From: Octopus sinensis
Lineage: Eukaryota
DNA: 64,000 nt
Reading direction: 5' to 3'
Assembly: GCF_006345805.1 (NCBI RefSeq)
Contig: NC_042997.1
Span: 19,840,001-19,904,000 of the forward strand
Shown here: one piece after another, positions 36,691 to 50,953 of the stretch
Layout of the letters: every line of letters starts with the position of its first letter
How positions within the stretch are numbered: the first letter of the stretch is position 1
Made by a program: the position numbers and the translations under genes
The notes under the pieces: model-generated
Told to the model about the DNA's origin: nothing
The model's input: only the letters and a program-made list of their open reading frames with translations
Database searches by the model: none

Positions 36691-37659
36691 TAAGTGGGTC
36701 TCTTTTTTCCTTTCGTTTTTCTTTTAGATAAAAATAAAATGCCATTGTTACAAACTTTGAGCAATGAGATTATAAAATAGACTGATAGCTTGATTTATCA
36801 AGTGTTTTAATACAAGCTTTAGTCTTATTTCTATGGAATAAATCTATATATATATGTATTTATTTATTATTCTTACTAGGATTTAAATCACTAGCATCTA
36901 CTGAATTAAGTCAACTGAGAGCTAACCAAATGAGTAATTTGCCAATGAAATAGTAGAATTTGTAGTGGTATTTTGCATTGGCAAAAGGTAATCAAGGTAA
37001 CCTAAAAGAGTGGAATCAATTTTAATTTGTGAGGAATAAAAAAAACATTTAAAGCTTCTAGCAGAAACTTTCTGTTTCCAATGAAGGGTTCTGTCTGAAA
37101 TATTAGATTCTACTTCTACTTACAGCATAAAATCTATTTCACTATTTGTACAAATTTACTCGTTAAGCCAATGGGAATGTCTTACTATGGTCACTTAGAC
37201 AGCAAGACATAGAAGCCAAATCTCCTTCCTTAAAAAGAAAGAATATATTCAATAATACAATCCTGGACTGTAATTTTCTAATATGAAATTTTGTAGGAAA
37301 AAAAAGTAAGGATTGTTACAACTGAAATGTTTTTTGTTATAGGTCTGCTGAATCAACAATTAGTTTATAAGTCAGGTAAATAGGAAATGGTAATAATGAG
37401 CAAGATGGAAAAATTTTAAATGAGAAAAGCAATCTATATAATTTAATCAATGTTAATCAAATTAAGACATTTCATTGAAATTTCAAGCAGAACAACCTTT
37501 GTAGTAAAACTGCTTATGTATCAGCACAAATGTTATTTGTGCTGATACGAAACTGCAGGATAAGCAATCTTTAAATTAAATCTTAAATAAAAATTTAAGT
37601 TAGACATGGCCTGGGCCAATCTTTGGTCGAAACATATCTAAGTTTATCTATATATATAT

Positions 37660-37895
37660 CATACATTGTACTTACTCTTCTTTAGTTTAATTTTGTATGT
37701 ATATATATGTGTGTGTGTGTGTATTGATCCCTAAATCCACAAGTTTTTTCTTTTTCTCTTATTCTTTCTGTTGAAGAGCATAGGCTCAAAATGTAAAAGA
37801 CTTTCACAGTCTCCCAAGCATCAAACTAATACACCTGCTTGTTGTTCATATGCCTGTCTTCGTCATTAGTTTTTCTGCAAATTTCAACTATAGAT
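37660..37895 (+). mobile_element. Short PLE-like terminal fragment with a degenerate hammerhead motif (37768-37794)
   Basis: CTGTTGA-A-GAGC-ATAG-GCTC-AAAA-TGT has the same A-GAGC/GCTC stem II architecture as the pLTR motif; flanked by (TA)n. Confidence 0.55.
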
Positions 37896-37906
37896 AATAT
37901 ATGTGT

Positions 37907-37956
<50 letters not shown>

Positions 37957-39082
37957 TTATTATATTATATACTGTACTTTCTTCTCTTCTGTTTAATCAT
38001 ATATATATATAAACATATATACTACAATGGTGTTCCAACATGACCACAGCCACATGGCTGAAACAAGTAAAAGAATAAGAATATATATATATATATGTAT
38101 GTATGTATGTATGTATGATGTATGTATGTATATGCACATATATATATAACTCTATTCATTTCTGTAATCAGAACTTCTCGTCCCTGGATAAATACTCGGC
38201 TGATTTTAGAAATATCCAAGTAGAACATTGCATTATAAATAACTCATCAACTGTCTCTACAGTCTACACTTTAATTGGTTGTTGATTTTAAGCTGTCAGA
38301 CGACAAGTTAATGCTGCCCATAAGAGATGTGTTTTAAAAACAATTGTTAGTTATGTATTTGAGAATCATTCTTTAATCAGTTTATTAACATTCCTCAACA
38401 TCTGAAGCAAAAAAAAAAGATTTTCTGACAATATATCAAATATAATTAGTTTAGTAACTTTTCAATTAATTTTTGTATTAGTAAATGGTTGTGTATAAGT
38501 TTGAACATTTTCAAAACAAACTAATTATTTGCTAGACAAGCAATTTTTGAATAATGATTGTTTTTGTAATTTTTAGAATTTTCAAATCTTTCCTAAGTGA
38601 TCCATCCAGAATTACCTGTGTCTTGATGCACAGGGCTAGTGAGAATTAAGTGTGCTCTGTCATAGACAAACAACAATGTCAGTATTAGTATATTAATAAC
38701 TAATCCTTTGGGTTATGGGGCTAGTGAACTGGTATGCTATTGAGTCCATCTCAAGATTTTTTTACACATAAGCACATATATGGGTGTGTGGTTAGAAGCT
38801 TGTTTCCCAACCACATGGTTCCAGATTCAGCTCCACTGCATGGCACTTTGGACAAGTTATTTCTACTATAGCCCCAGGCTGACCAAAGCCTTGTGAGTGG
38901 ATTTAGTAGATAGAAACTGAAAGAAGCTCATCATATATATATATATATAAGCCAACAGGTTTGGGATCTGATGATATGCTGTTAAGCTAAGTGCTTTATG
39001 GATGTGAAACTCAAGGTAATCCCATAAACAAGCCTTATCTAAGCTCAGTTGGTAGAGTGGAGGACTGTAGTTTGTAACGTTT

Positions 39083-39140
<58 letters not shown>

Positions 39141-39146
<6 letters not shown>

Positions 39147-39445
39147 CAAATTAGAGACAAAACCACTATTATGCAAATCAAACAAATTTAAAACTCGCTA
39201 AGAAGGTTTTGAAACCACCTGAAGAATGTCTAAGATGTGCTGACACGAAACGATCGTAGTGGTTATTCATATGTTAAATTTTAATTTATATAAATTATTT
39301 TATGTATTGGCTTAAGTCTTTCTTTGTTTTGATTTGCATAATAGTGGTTTTGTCTCTAATTTAATATAATATAATATTTTACTATTAAATTGGATTCAAT
39401 CTTAAATCTGATTTTTCCTTGTAAATTTGGATTTATTCCCTAATA
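39141..39445 (+). mobile_element. Non-coding PLE-like mini-element with a 46-bp inverted repeat, inserted in (TA)n
   Basis: Arms at 39141-39186 and 39323-39369 are reverse complements (1 mismatch, 1 indel); they enclose a hammerhead; (TA)n arrays on both flanks. Confidence 0.75.
39213..39264 (+). ncRNA. Type I minimal hammerhead ribozyme
   Basis: Stem I AACCAC/GTGGTT; core CTGAAGA (39219-39225); stem II TGTC/GACA with an A-C closing mismatch; GAAA (39247-39250); palindromic stem III ACGATCGT; GUA triplet, cleavage predicted after 39258. Confidence 0.8.
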
Positions 39446-39446
39446 T

Positions 39447-39477
<31 letters not shown>

Positions 39478-39483
39478 TATATA

Positions 39484-39527
<44 letters not shown>

Positions 39528-39645
39528 GATAAAGATAGTTATGACCGATTCATAGGGTTACCCAGGAAACATAACTATCTTTAAATATTTTACTGCTATA
39601 TAACTTAGAGTGTGCTTCTATTTTGGATTTATGATTTACTGACAG

Positions 39646-39647
<2 letters not shown>

Positions 39648-39677
<30 letters not shown>

Positions 39678-40010
39678 TGTATGTATGTATGTATGTATGT
39701 ATGCATGTATGCATGCATGCATGTATGCATGCATGCATGCATGCATGCATGTATGTATGTATGCATGTATATATGTATGCATGCATGTATGTATGCATGC
39801 ATGCATGTATGTATGTATGTATGTATGTATGTATGTATGTATGTATGTATGTATGTATGTATGTATGTATGTATGTATGCATGTATGTATGCATGTATGT
39901 ATGTATGCATGCATGTATGTATGTATGCATGCATGCATGTATGCATGCATGTATGTATGCATGTATGTATGTATGTATGTATGTATGCATGCATGCCTAT
40001 ATGTATGTAT
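39648..40010. repeat. (TATG)n/(CATG)n microsatellite
   Basis: Direct tandem repeats. Confidence 0.95.
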
Positions 40011-41809
40011 GTGTATCTATCAGTGTGAGTGTGTCTGTGTTTGTCTCCCCACCACTGCTTGACAACTGGTGCTGGTGTGTTTGCATACCCATTACTTAGC
40101 AGTTTGGCAAAAGAGACTGATAGAATAAGTACCAGGCTTAAAAAATAAGTAATGAGATTTGATTCTGTCAACAAAAAATTCAAGTCAGTGCCCCAGCATG
40201 GCCACCGTCTAATGACTGAAACAAGCAAAAGATAAAAGATTTATATACACATAGTTGTACATACCTTTCATTTTTACTTGCTTCCCTCATTAGCCTGTGG
40301 CCATGCAGGAACACTGCTCTGAAGGGTTATAGTAGAACGAATTGGCCCCTGTATTTACGTTCTTTTAAGATTGGTACTTATTCTATTGATATCTTTTTGC
40401 TGAACTGCTAAGTTACATGGGCATTAACAAACAAACCCTGGTTGTCAAGTGATGGTGGGAGCACAAACACAGCAACATGCACATACGCATACATACATAC
40501 ATGCATACATACATGCATGCATACATGCATACATACATACATACCAGGCACGTGCTATCAGTAATTACTCAAAGTAGGCAGTTGGTGACATTTATGTAGT
40601 AAAACACGCAAAAAATAAGTGAAACACAGGTGTGTGACTGAGTTGCAGGCAGATTTACTTCTGCCTTTATAGCACGTAAAGAAAACATTGTTGTAGGAAT
40701 GTATGCAGCATGTGTACTACAGCGGTACTATGCATAGCTTAAATACTGAGTTTGAAAAGCAAGGACAAATTATGTCTACCTAATTTATAAAAGAATAAAA
40801 TATTTTGCATTTTATGCATAGTAATCAGAGTAACCTTTATGATTTTATTGAATTAGGTGTATATTTTGCCACAAAAGGAAAATGTTGTTATTGATCTATT
40901 TTATCCCAGGTGGGCACTGCCTACCTTGTCTACATAGACAGCACATCCCTGATACATACATACACACTATCATACATATACACAAACATACATACATATG
41001 CACTATCATACATACACACAAACATAGATACATACATATATACACTAGGCTTCTTTCATTTTCCATCTACCATATCCTCTCACAGGGCTTGAGTCAGACA
41101 AAGGTTATGGCAGAAAATGCTTGACCAAGGAGCCACATGATGGGACAGAACCCAGAACCTTGTGCTTAGGAAGTAAACGTCTTACCATAGAGCTACCCCT
41201 GCACCTATGTACACATGCGACTTTGATTGACTTAGTTTAAATCATATATTCTGAGAGAAATTACTAAGCCATTATGCATGTTTTCTACTTATATTAGAAA
41301 TATTGCAAAATATGATGATTATTATTATAGCTTGGTATTAAAGGTATTAATTTGAAAGAATTTATAATTCTTGTCAAAGAATATTAACTAAATCAGATTT
41401 CAATAACTAAAGATATTATTGATATGTTTTTAGAAATATAAGTTAAATGCATTTAATGATTTATACATTTAAAAGAAATTTATGCCTACAATTCCTTTTT
41501 TCTTATTTTCTCTTTGACCCACTGAAATTTCCATTGCCAATCTCAAACTTACTCCTATGCCTATGTATGTACCAATCTTTCTAAGGAAACTGAAAATTAC
41601 ACTTGCCATATTTCTTCAGTTAGCTCACCATTATTAAGACTAATATAATAGATAAAGATAGAATTCAGTCTTTGTAAACAGATAATTATTATTATTATTA
41701 TTGAAGCACACTGGCAACAAGAGGTGCAACTGGCCATAGGAAATCTGCTTCAATAAATTCTGTCTGACCCATGCAAGTACAGAAAAGTGGACATTATATG
41801 ATGACAATG

Positions 41810-42025
41810 ATGATGAGGAGGAGGGGGGTGGAGAGAGGAGAGGAGGAAGGGGAGGAAGAGGAGGGGGCAGGGGAGGGGAAAAGAGGAGAATGGGAGGGGA
41901 AGAGGATGAAAATGGGAGGAGGAGGACGACGAGGAGAAGGAGGAGGTGGAGAAAGAGGAGGACGAGGTGGAGGTAGAGAAGGAGAACGAGGAGGACGAGG
42001 GGGAGGGGGAGGGGGAGGAGGCTGT
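41810..42025. repeat. Purine-rich (GAG/GGA)n low-complexity tract
   Basis: Almost pure G/A for ~200 bp, following a family F tail. Confidence 0.85.
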
Positions 42026-43699
42026 TTTAATATTTTGCAATTTCAGTGAGGATTCTTTACACGGCCATTCCCAATAATATAAATTCTAGGTTTTGGAACA
42101 GAGCATTTTGCAAAGCTTAAATTTCTGAGTTAAACAATTCCAACACAATAAAGTATCCAATGATTATATTACAACACTTTAAAATTCCTTTAATCATCTA
42201 GTGTAAAAATGTATAAATATACCAGCTTGAATCCATACATATTTAATGTTGTGAAACCTGGTTCATAAAGATTTTCAGCCTTAGATCAAAGCAATGTTAT
42301 TATTTAGCAGTTAAAGGCAGTGACCTGACAGAACTGTTAGCATGCTAGACAAAATGCTTATTGGCATTTTGTCTTTCTATGTTCTGAGATCAAATTCTGA
42401 TAAGGTCAACGTTCTTTACATCCTTTCAGGGTCAATAAAATAAGGGCCAGTCAAGTATCAAGGCTGATGTAATTGACTTTGTCTTCAATTAAAAACGAAA
42501 CAATAATACTGTTGCTTCTGTGCCAAAATTTGAAACCATTATTATATAACAGTTTCTCAAGCTTGCTCACTGCAAGATGAAGAAGGCTTAAAACACAAGC
42601 AAAACTTGTGATTAAGGGATCTCTTTTGTATAATGGTATATGTTTGATGATCAAACACTAGTTACAAGAGTGCCAATGCAATGTTGTCAGTGAATAAATA
42701 TATAGCTGTATATCCATACATATTTGATCTCACAGTGAAATTATATGGATATACATCCATATATTTATTTATTCATAATTCATATAGTAAGTAGTTTACC
42801 ATTTTATATTAAAGGCAAGTAGCAGTCACCTGTGGCTTTATAGAAAAGTTCCTTTGATAAATTCTTACAAAGCTCGTCAACAGAATTTTGGTTTTATTTA
42901 AGGAGAGGTTTTGATATGGTTTACTAAAATATCTTTCTAGTAAAACATGCAAAATTATACTCATGACCGATAGGAAAAATATAACTGAAATATTCATAAG
43001 GAATAGAAATTCTATGTAGGTTAGTGTTGGTGTAGTTAGTAACCTTATTCAACTCTATTTGAACAGACATTAGGCAAAGACAGTTTATTGATCAAAATGT
43101 TCAGTAAGCATTTCTATCTATATTTTGTGGTTTTGTTACTCTAATATTTAGGAGATAAATATGATAAAATTCGTTTCATCTAGATCTCTGAAGTACATAT
43201 TTTACAGATATATAACTGTGCACTCATTGGCTTATAGAAGCTGGAAATATTTTATGGGATATGAAGTGAGGCAAGTATTAGTGGTGATAAACAGATTTCC
43301 ATTATAACAACCCCTCATTCTATAGGAGATGTTCAAGTAGTTTATTATGTTTCACTGATTTTATTAACCAACAGAAGTAAAATATTCTGGCAGTCATTTT
43401 GACTATATAAGGCAAAATTCTTATTCTTACTTCTTTGGCATCAATCTAATTAGCACAATAGCAAGCTTTTCTATTGCTTTCATCTGAACCAGAACTCAGT
43501 AGAGCACTACAGAACACAACTGGTTGTTTATTCCCTTATATTTCAGCTGTCTTAAATAACAAAACCTGTTTAAGATGGTCAAGAAATCAATTGCTCAATC
43601 TATTTCAAGCAGATTACAAATATATCTTATTTTCTTTTATGTTGACCTCAATATCTTTGTTTGTATCCAGTGTAACACTCAAAATGACCTTTGATCAGA

Positions 43700-44030
43700 T
43701 TCAGGCACTCAATCGGTTACGACGACGAGGATTCCAGTTGATCTGATCAATGGAACAGCTTGCTCGTGAAATTAACATGCAAGTGGCCGAGCACTCCACA
43801 GACATGTGTACCCTTAATGTAGTTCACAGGGAGATTCGGTGTGACACAGAATGTGGCAAGGCTAGACATTTGAAATACAGGTACTACTCATTTTTTTGCA
43901 GCTGAGTGGACTGGAGCAATGTGAAATAAAGTGTCTAGCTCAAGGACACAATGCGTCACTGGGAACTGAACTCACAACCTTATAATTGAGCCAAATACCC
44001 TAACCACCAAACCACACTTTCACGTATGTA
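43700..44030 (-). mobile_element. tRNA-derived SINE sharing the A/B core, with a different 3' body
   Basis: Minus head GTGTGGTTTGGTGGTTAGGGTATTTGG...GTTGTGAGTTCAGTTCCC and core TGTGTCCTTGAGCTAGACACTTTATTTCAC. Confidence 0.75.
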
Positions 44031-44479
44031 TAACACTTTTTTCTGCAACATATAAATTTCTCAGTTAACTTCACAAAATGAATACATGTACATCATCATT
44101 TAACATCTGTTGTCCATGCTGGGATGGTTTGACCAGAGCTGGCAAGCCATAGAAACTGCAACAAGCTCCAGTCTAATGTAGCATGGCTTCTACAGCTAAA
44201 TGTCCTCCCTAATTCCAAATACTTTACAGAGTGCGCTGGGTGCTTTTATGTGGAACTGCATGAGCGCTTTAACGTGAAACAAGTGCCTTTTGTATGGCAT
44301 TAGCACAGGACTCTTGTAGGCCAACCCACTTCATCAGGGGAAGCAACCTTAACACTTCTGCTGTGGAGTATGGGAGTTCTTAAGTACAGCAAGACACTAT
44401 GCATCTCAGTCCTTTGTCATCTCAGTATCAAAAGGTTCAGTATCAATACATTTCCTCCATGTTGTATGTCACCTTAAAT

Positions 44480-44725
44480 AAATAAAATATATGTGCCCTT
44501 TTAAAGCCTAGCCAGGCTTCCCAGTTTCAATGGCATATGTGTTCCCTAGCTGGACAGGACACCACTCCATCGCAGCGTTACTCATTTTTGCTAGCTGAGT
44601 GGACTGGAGCAATGTGAAATGAAGTGTTTTGCTCAAGAACACAACGCGTTGCCCGGTCCAGGAATCGAAACTACAATCTTACAATCATGATGCTGATACC
44701 CTAACCACTAAGCCACACGCCTCCA
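44480..44725 (-). mobile_element. SINE family A
   Basis: Reverse complement of 6232-6470; B box GTTTCGATTCC. Confidence 0.87.
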
Positions 44726-47700
44726 CTTGTCACCTTAGTTTCATTAATATTGTAATCTGAAATCTGTTATGTTTCTCATGATGAACTACTGTCCAGTTTT
44801 TAACTGTGCTTTCTAATCTTAGTCATACATGCTGTTAGACTATTTTGGATCATATAATACCACTTGACTAGAAGAGATCTCCCTTCCAGTAGGACATGAA
44901 ATATAAAAGAAAACTGTCATTAATAATTTATTCCTGTACCCCACTGTGCAACCATTCATTTTACCTACCTTCATCAAGATGCAGACCTTTATAATTAGTT
45001 TACATAAGTATATAAAAATCCATTTCTATCACCAATGATTGCTTAGAGTCACATCTGATATCAATGAATATCAATCAAGAATTTTGGTTAAGGGGCCATA
45101 TATAAAATAAATCATTTGAGTAGAGACAATAATTACTTTTACTCAGAAAATTTTCAATTCAATTTCATTTGTATGAAGTTATACGGATTCATATTACATT
45201 ACAAGTAATGCAAGATGTTTTCACTTATATTACTTAGACAAATATTATTGCAAAGGTGTAAAATTGATAGAAAATGTTTTGCACAAAGTCTGTAAGATTA
45301 GCTACAGTTTTTAATGCTTCTCAGACTAAACATTTTACAAATTGAATAAACTTATAATACTATAATAAATTGGTAAATAGCAAAGCTAGACAAGGAAATG
45401 CCAAAACTGTCAACTTTAGATATGAAGAAGTATTACTTTAGCTTTATAAGTATTGAACTGTTCCAATCAATTTATTGACAAAAATCAAATGTAAACAGTT
45501 TTTACAATATTCTTCAATGTTATATTTTGTTTTTTACAATAAAATTTTCTACTAACAATCACATTCTAGTGATGGAACATTTAAATAAAACCATCTTTTC
45601 AGAGACTTATTTATTCTGATATCGACTTGACTTCAACACAAGGCTACACATTTTGTAGTGACTAAATTAGATTAACCCCCAATGACTGAATGATATGAAA
45701 GAGTATACGGCATGGTGTGTATTGTTGGAATTTGAACCCAGAACATATAAGGATGTAATTAAATACAGAAAGAGCTATTTTGATGCACTCTATCAATTTT
45801 ACCTTCCAGTGCCCTTGTTTACTTCGATATTTCTAACACTTTTAAAATGTTTTAATCCACTTGTTATAGAGATTTATTATCCAGCAACAAGTGAAAATCT
45901 AATATTCAGAGGGAGAGATAAAGGCAAATTACAAAACAAATTCATTAAGGCTTACATTATATCTGATGGCACTTTCATCAACCACTAATGCAAAATGCAA
46001 TTTCTAATTCTATGAAAATGTAAAATCCTTTGAGATATCATCTAAACAGCTCAGTATAAATTGTATGCCTCTAAATAGCACACATGGGCACAATGAATTT
46101 CAGACAACATTCTGCTATGTATCAGGTTATAATGGTTGTTTTAAAATTCCTCATAAGTTTGTTCGATAGATTCACTTCTGATATTAAGAGAAAAAAAAAA
46201 AAAATAATACCCTAATTTAACACCTGCTGTTAAGTGTAAGTACATTAGTACAGATTAAAATTACAGAAACTTTCTTCATGTTCTCATTATTTATTTTAAA
46301 CATTTTCCAAATAAAAGTTTCCCCTTTAATTCAAATATCCATTACACAAACTCACAAACATAATACTTCATAAAAATATTCAACCCTACACTTTTAAAGC
46401 AAAACTTCTATTAAAACAGTTCTCTGTCCTTATTGTTGCTACATCTATTTAACAGCAGCAGTTCTTCAACCCCTATTACTACTACAGCTGCTGCAGTAGT
46501 TTACGTTAAGGCAACAGGAACTGCTACAGTGTGTACCACTGTTAAAACTATTTGATATACTTTTTTAATCACTAAAGCTAGGACATTCACATTACTTTTA
46601 CACCTACCTCCAATATGAAAGTTATCTGGCAGCAACAGCTCTCTGTTCGTCACTGCTGTGATAGCCATTCATTCAATTATAAAAATTTTGCTATTATCAC
46701 TGCTACCACCTACTCCTATCATGTAACAGAATTCCTGCGTATGACGACTTCACAACCATCATAACTCTTCAACGGATTCTGCAGTAAAACGAATGAGTTG
46801 TAATATTTTATCACCGCACTCTCACATCAGGCACCACCACTGCAACAACAACCACCAGCATCATAACCACCACCACCTTTTCATAATCTTTTGTAAATAT
46901 TGAGAAATTAAAATAAGCAATATAGTACGGTTTTGAAATTGATGCCAGGTATCAGTCTGCCATCACAATATCAGGATCTAAAGATTTAAAGCTTGCACTT
47001 CAAACCCAGGGAAGTCTACACATCAGCTGTCTTTCCTTCAACAGTTTCACAAGTGCTTCAGGGAACTTCCCTTATTTTTCAGATATTCTCTCTCGTTTGT
47101 CACCCTTTCACAAATGCAGTCACACTGAAAATCTAATTACAAGCACAGTTACGCAAATCATGCATGGCATCAGTGATGCTGATGTGCTCAATAGTATCCA
47201 TCCTTACAACCTGTTTCTCCTCACACTTGACTGACAGGCTTAGACTATAAACTGACAATAGTGTCCCTCTGCATTCAAGACTATGCATAGAAAGATGAAA
47301 AGCTCTTTCTCCATTCATAGCAAACATTGAAATCACCTTCCTTTTCCTACTTTTATTTATTTATGTCTTCTCTATACCCCTGTTTTGTCCTTAATTTTAT
47401 TGATCTTTCACATAATGTACATTTTTGCTTATTTCTGTCTCATGGCCTTTTCCATATTCTCTCTTTTTATGCTTTTTCCACCATGTTTATGCATCCTTTA
47501 TTTCTGCTTTTATTCTATAGTAGTAGAGATATAATTTCCCAGCAGTTCTGATCCAACTATATCCCACTTTCAAAATTATAAAAGGAATTATTATATATAT
47601 TGATATTGGTCAGGTTATGATTCATCACATATGTGTTACCAGATGTGGTGGAACTGAAAAATAAACATCGTATCAGCAGTGATGTGCATAGGTAATGGAA

Positions 47701-48959
47701 TGAGAAAGAGACACAATAAAATTTTTTACCTAAAATGAGACTAACCAATGGCAAAGTTTGGAAGATAATTTGATAAAAACAGAAAAACAAGTATCAACAA
47801 ACTATTTTAATTATGTTGAGACAAAATATTTTATAACAATTATGTGACATATAAAACTTTAGTATAAGAAACCGCTAAAATACAAGAACAGTCCAGCAAT
47901 TTTCAAAAATTTAACATATTTAAATATCATTAGAGCACCAGACTTTGGAACTATCAGAAATATTTTGCTTCATCATATTTTATAAACACAATATATGTTA
48001 TGTATATTGTGTTTATTAAATAAACACATACATGTATATATAATATATATTTTCAGAAGCGTGTCTTTGTGTCTGTGTTTGTCCCCCCAACCATTGCTTC
48101 GTAACTGGTGTTGGTGTGTTTATGTCCCTGTAACTTAGCACTTCAGCAACAGAGATCGATAGAATAAGTACCAGGCTTACAAAGAATAAGTTCTGGGGTC
48201 AAATTCTTCAACCAAAAGGCAGTGCTCCAGCATGGCTACAGTCAAACAACTGAAACAAATAAAAGAATATATCACATATATTTATATACATGCATCATTT
48301 TTTTTATATACATACATATGCGTGTGTGTGTATTAACACATGCACAATACATGGATATACGGAAAAGAAATATCATGTGTACATTGCTACATGTTTGAAG
48401 AAGAGGTTTCTCACTATTTCCATGTATTTATATTGATGGAAATATCTAGAAAGCTCTTCTTCAAAGATATAACGAAATACACAAGAGAGCTCTCTTCAAT
48501 ATCACAGTTCTGTTAAGAACTTTCCGTCTCTTGCCATTTATAATTTCAGCTACAATAACCTTCAGCTGTGTCTCACAAAGCTTCCCGCTTTTGCAATTAA
48601 CTGAATGCTAACCATGTAGATTGAAAGATTCATCAAATGTCAGTCCAAGATGTGCAATAATGGAGTGCTTTCAAACCCCATTTTATCAGATCAAAAATAT
48701 CTAAAACCACTACATTAATATCTGATCCCTTCCAAATTTATTCCCTCCTATATTGATAAGAGCACTGCATGTCACCCTTAATTCACTCATATAGATGTCA
48801 TCCATGCATACGTCTTACCAGATGTGAAAAAAGGGACTGGTTTCAGGAAGGTCATCTTGTTGTAGAAGGACATCTTGTGCTACAAAACGTTTTGTCCAAC
48901 TCATAGCAATAAGGAAATCTTAAACACATTAAAAATAAATGAATCAAAACTCAAATTTC

Positions 48960-49240
48960 ATACATACATACATGCTTGCACACATACATACAGACAGACA
49001 GACAGACATGCATACATACATACATGCACACACACATACATGCACACATACATACATACATACATACATACATACATACATACATACATGCATGCACACA
49101 TACATACATGCTTGCACACATACATACATACATACATACAGACAGACATGCATACATACATGCATGCACACATACGTACATGCACACACACACACACACA
49201 CATACATACATACATACATACATACATACATACAAGCAGA
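48960..49240. repeat. (CATA)n/(CA)n microsatellite
   Basis: Direct tandem repeats. Confidence 0.95.
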
Positions 49241-49689
49241 CATAATTATTACAATATCAATGCAGAACTTAGAGCTCTTGTACCCTGACTATGAATTCTT
49301 ATTTGTATTCATCATCATCAGTGCTTGAGGTTATGTACCAACAAATTTGCACAAAAGCCTAAATATATTTGGATTCACAGAGAAAGAGCAAAAGAAACTG
49401 ATCTGGGTTTGCTAAATCCAATCTATTTGTGGCACAGTGAAAATTTGGAAAGTATTCCAAAAGTTTCCATCTGAGATTCTTATGTAAATAGATGCACACA
49501 TTTAGGTGTATGCATCAACAGTTCAACCAGCACACCAACTCAACCACATATTTACAAACACTGAGAACTCTCTTAGCTTAAAAAGTCTTGCCTCTGTTAG
49601 TAATCAGCTTGAACTCTCTCAAGAGGAACTTAAAGAAAATTCAGAGAAAACTCATACATTCATACAAAATGCCATGTTGAAAAATAAAA

Positions 49690-50100
49690 CAACATCATCA
49701 TTATCATCATCGTTCAACGTCCGCTTTCCATGCTAGCATGGGTTGAACGATTTGACTGGGGTCTGGTGAACCAGATGGCTGCACCAGGCTCCAATCTTGA
49801 GTTTCTACAGCTGGATGCCCTTCCTAACGCCAACCACCCCGAGAGTGTAGTGGGTGCTTTTATGTGCCACCAACACAAGGGCCAGTCAGGTGGTACTAGC
49901 AATGGTCACAGAAAAATCGTGTTTTTTTTTTACATGTCACCTGCACACCGGCACAAGTGCCAGTAAAGTGACACTGGTAAAAATCACGCTCGAATGGTGA
50001 CTTTTACGTGCCACTGGCACGAACGCCAGTTTGCCGCTCTGGCAACGATCACACTCGGATGGTGCTCTTAGTGCTCCACTAGCACGGATGCCAGTCATCA
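49690..50100 (-). mobile_element. Family F copy
   Basis: Colinear with 14505-14955. Confidence 0.85.
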
Positions 50101-50910
50101 AATTTTTAAGTCCGAATATATGTTAACATTTCTTTTAGCAGCACTGGGGGGTCAATGTAATCAACTTATCCCATCCCCTAAAATTGCTGGCCTTGTGCCA
50201 AAAATTTGAAACCAATATTTCCTTTAGTATTACAAAAACTTTGAGTGTACATAATAAAATGAATGAATAATTAAATGAATGCACTGATACCCATTCACTA
50301 GAGGAACATGTATCAAATTGAAATGTACAAAAGTGATAAAAATGTTTCTGAAATCATAGATTTAAAAATGTCCTCAGCAAATATGTTCTGTGACAGCCAA
50401 CTACTTCAGCCTTTTGGTTTAAACAATTGTGCAATTAAGCATTGGATGTTTCTTATTTCTTTTTGCAGTTGTTTCATTTTGCATTTTAAATTCTAGCTTT
50501 TGTAAATCTTGCATAATTAACAAGTATTATAAAATTAAAAGTAATTATTCTATGTAATAACAAAAAATATCACTTCATAATATAGATGTCATTAACCTAC
50601 ACTCAGAACAACTCTGCAGGCTGTGATGCATGTGAAAGTGGTTGTCAATGATCTTGAAGTATGTGTGTGTGTGTGGGAGAGAATGCTGGCCAATCAATTT
50701 ATAAGAGATAAAAAAAAAATCCCTACCTAGGTGTTATGTGATCCCTAAAACTAATATTAGTTTAACAGATTTTAAAATAAACTAAATGAAATAAAATTAT
50801 GAGAAAATAACATTAACAGAAAACAAATATTTGCTAACATAATAATTTTCTCTTTATCTTTCTCTAGGATTTGCGTAGCTATTAAGATATTTTTTATTTC
50901 AACATTTAAT

Positions 50911-50953
<43 letters not shown>

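Noticed and set aside
38616-38635. Micro-exon-like AG...GT windows (also 15809-15830)
   Set aside because: Expected by chance in 64 kb; no supporting neighbouring exons.
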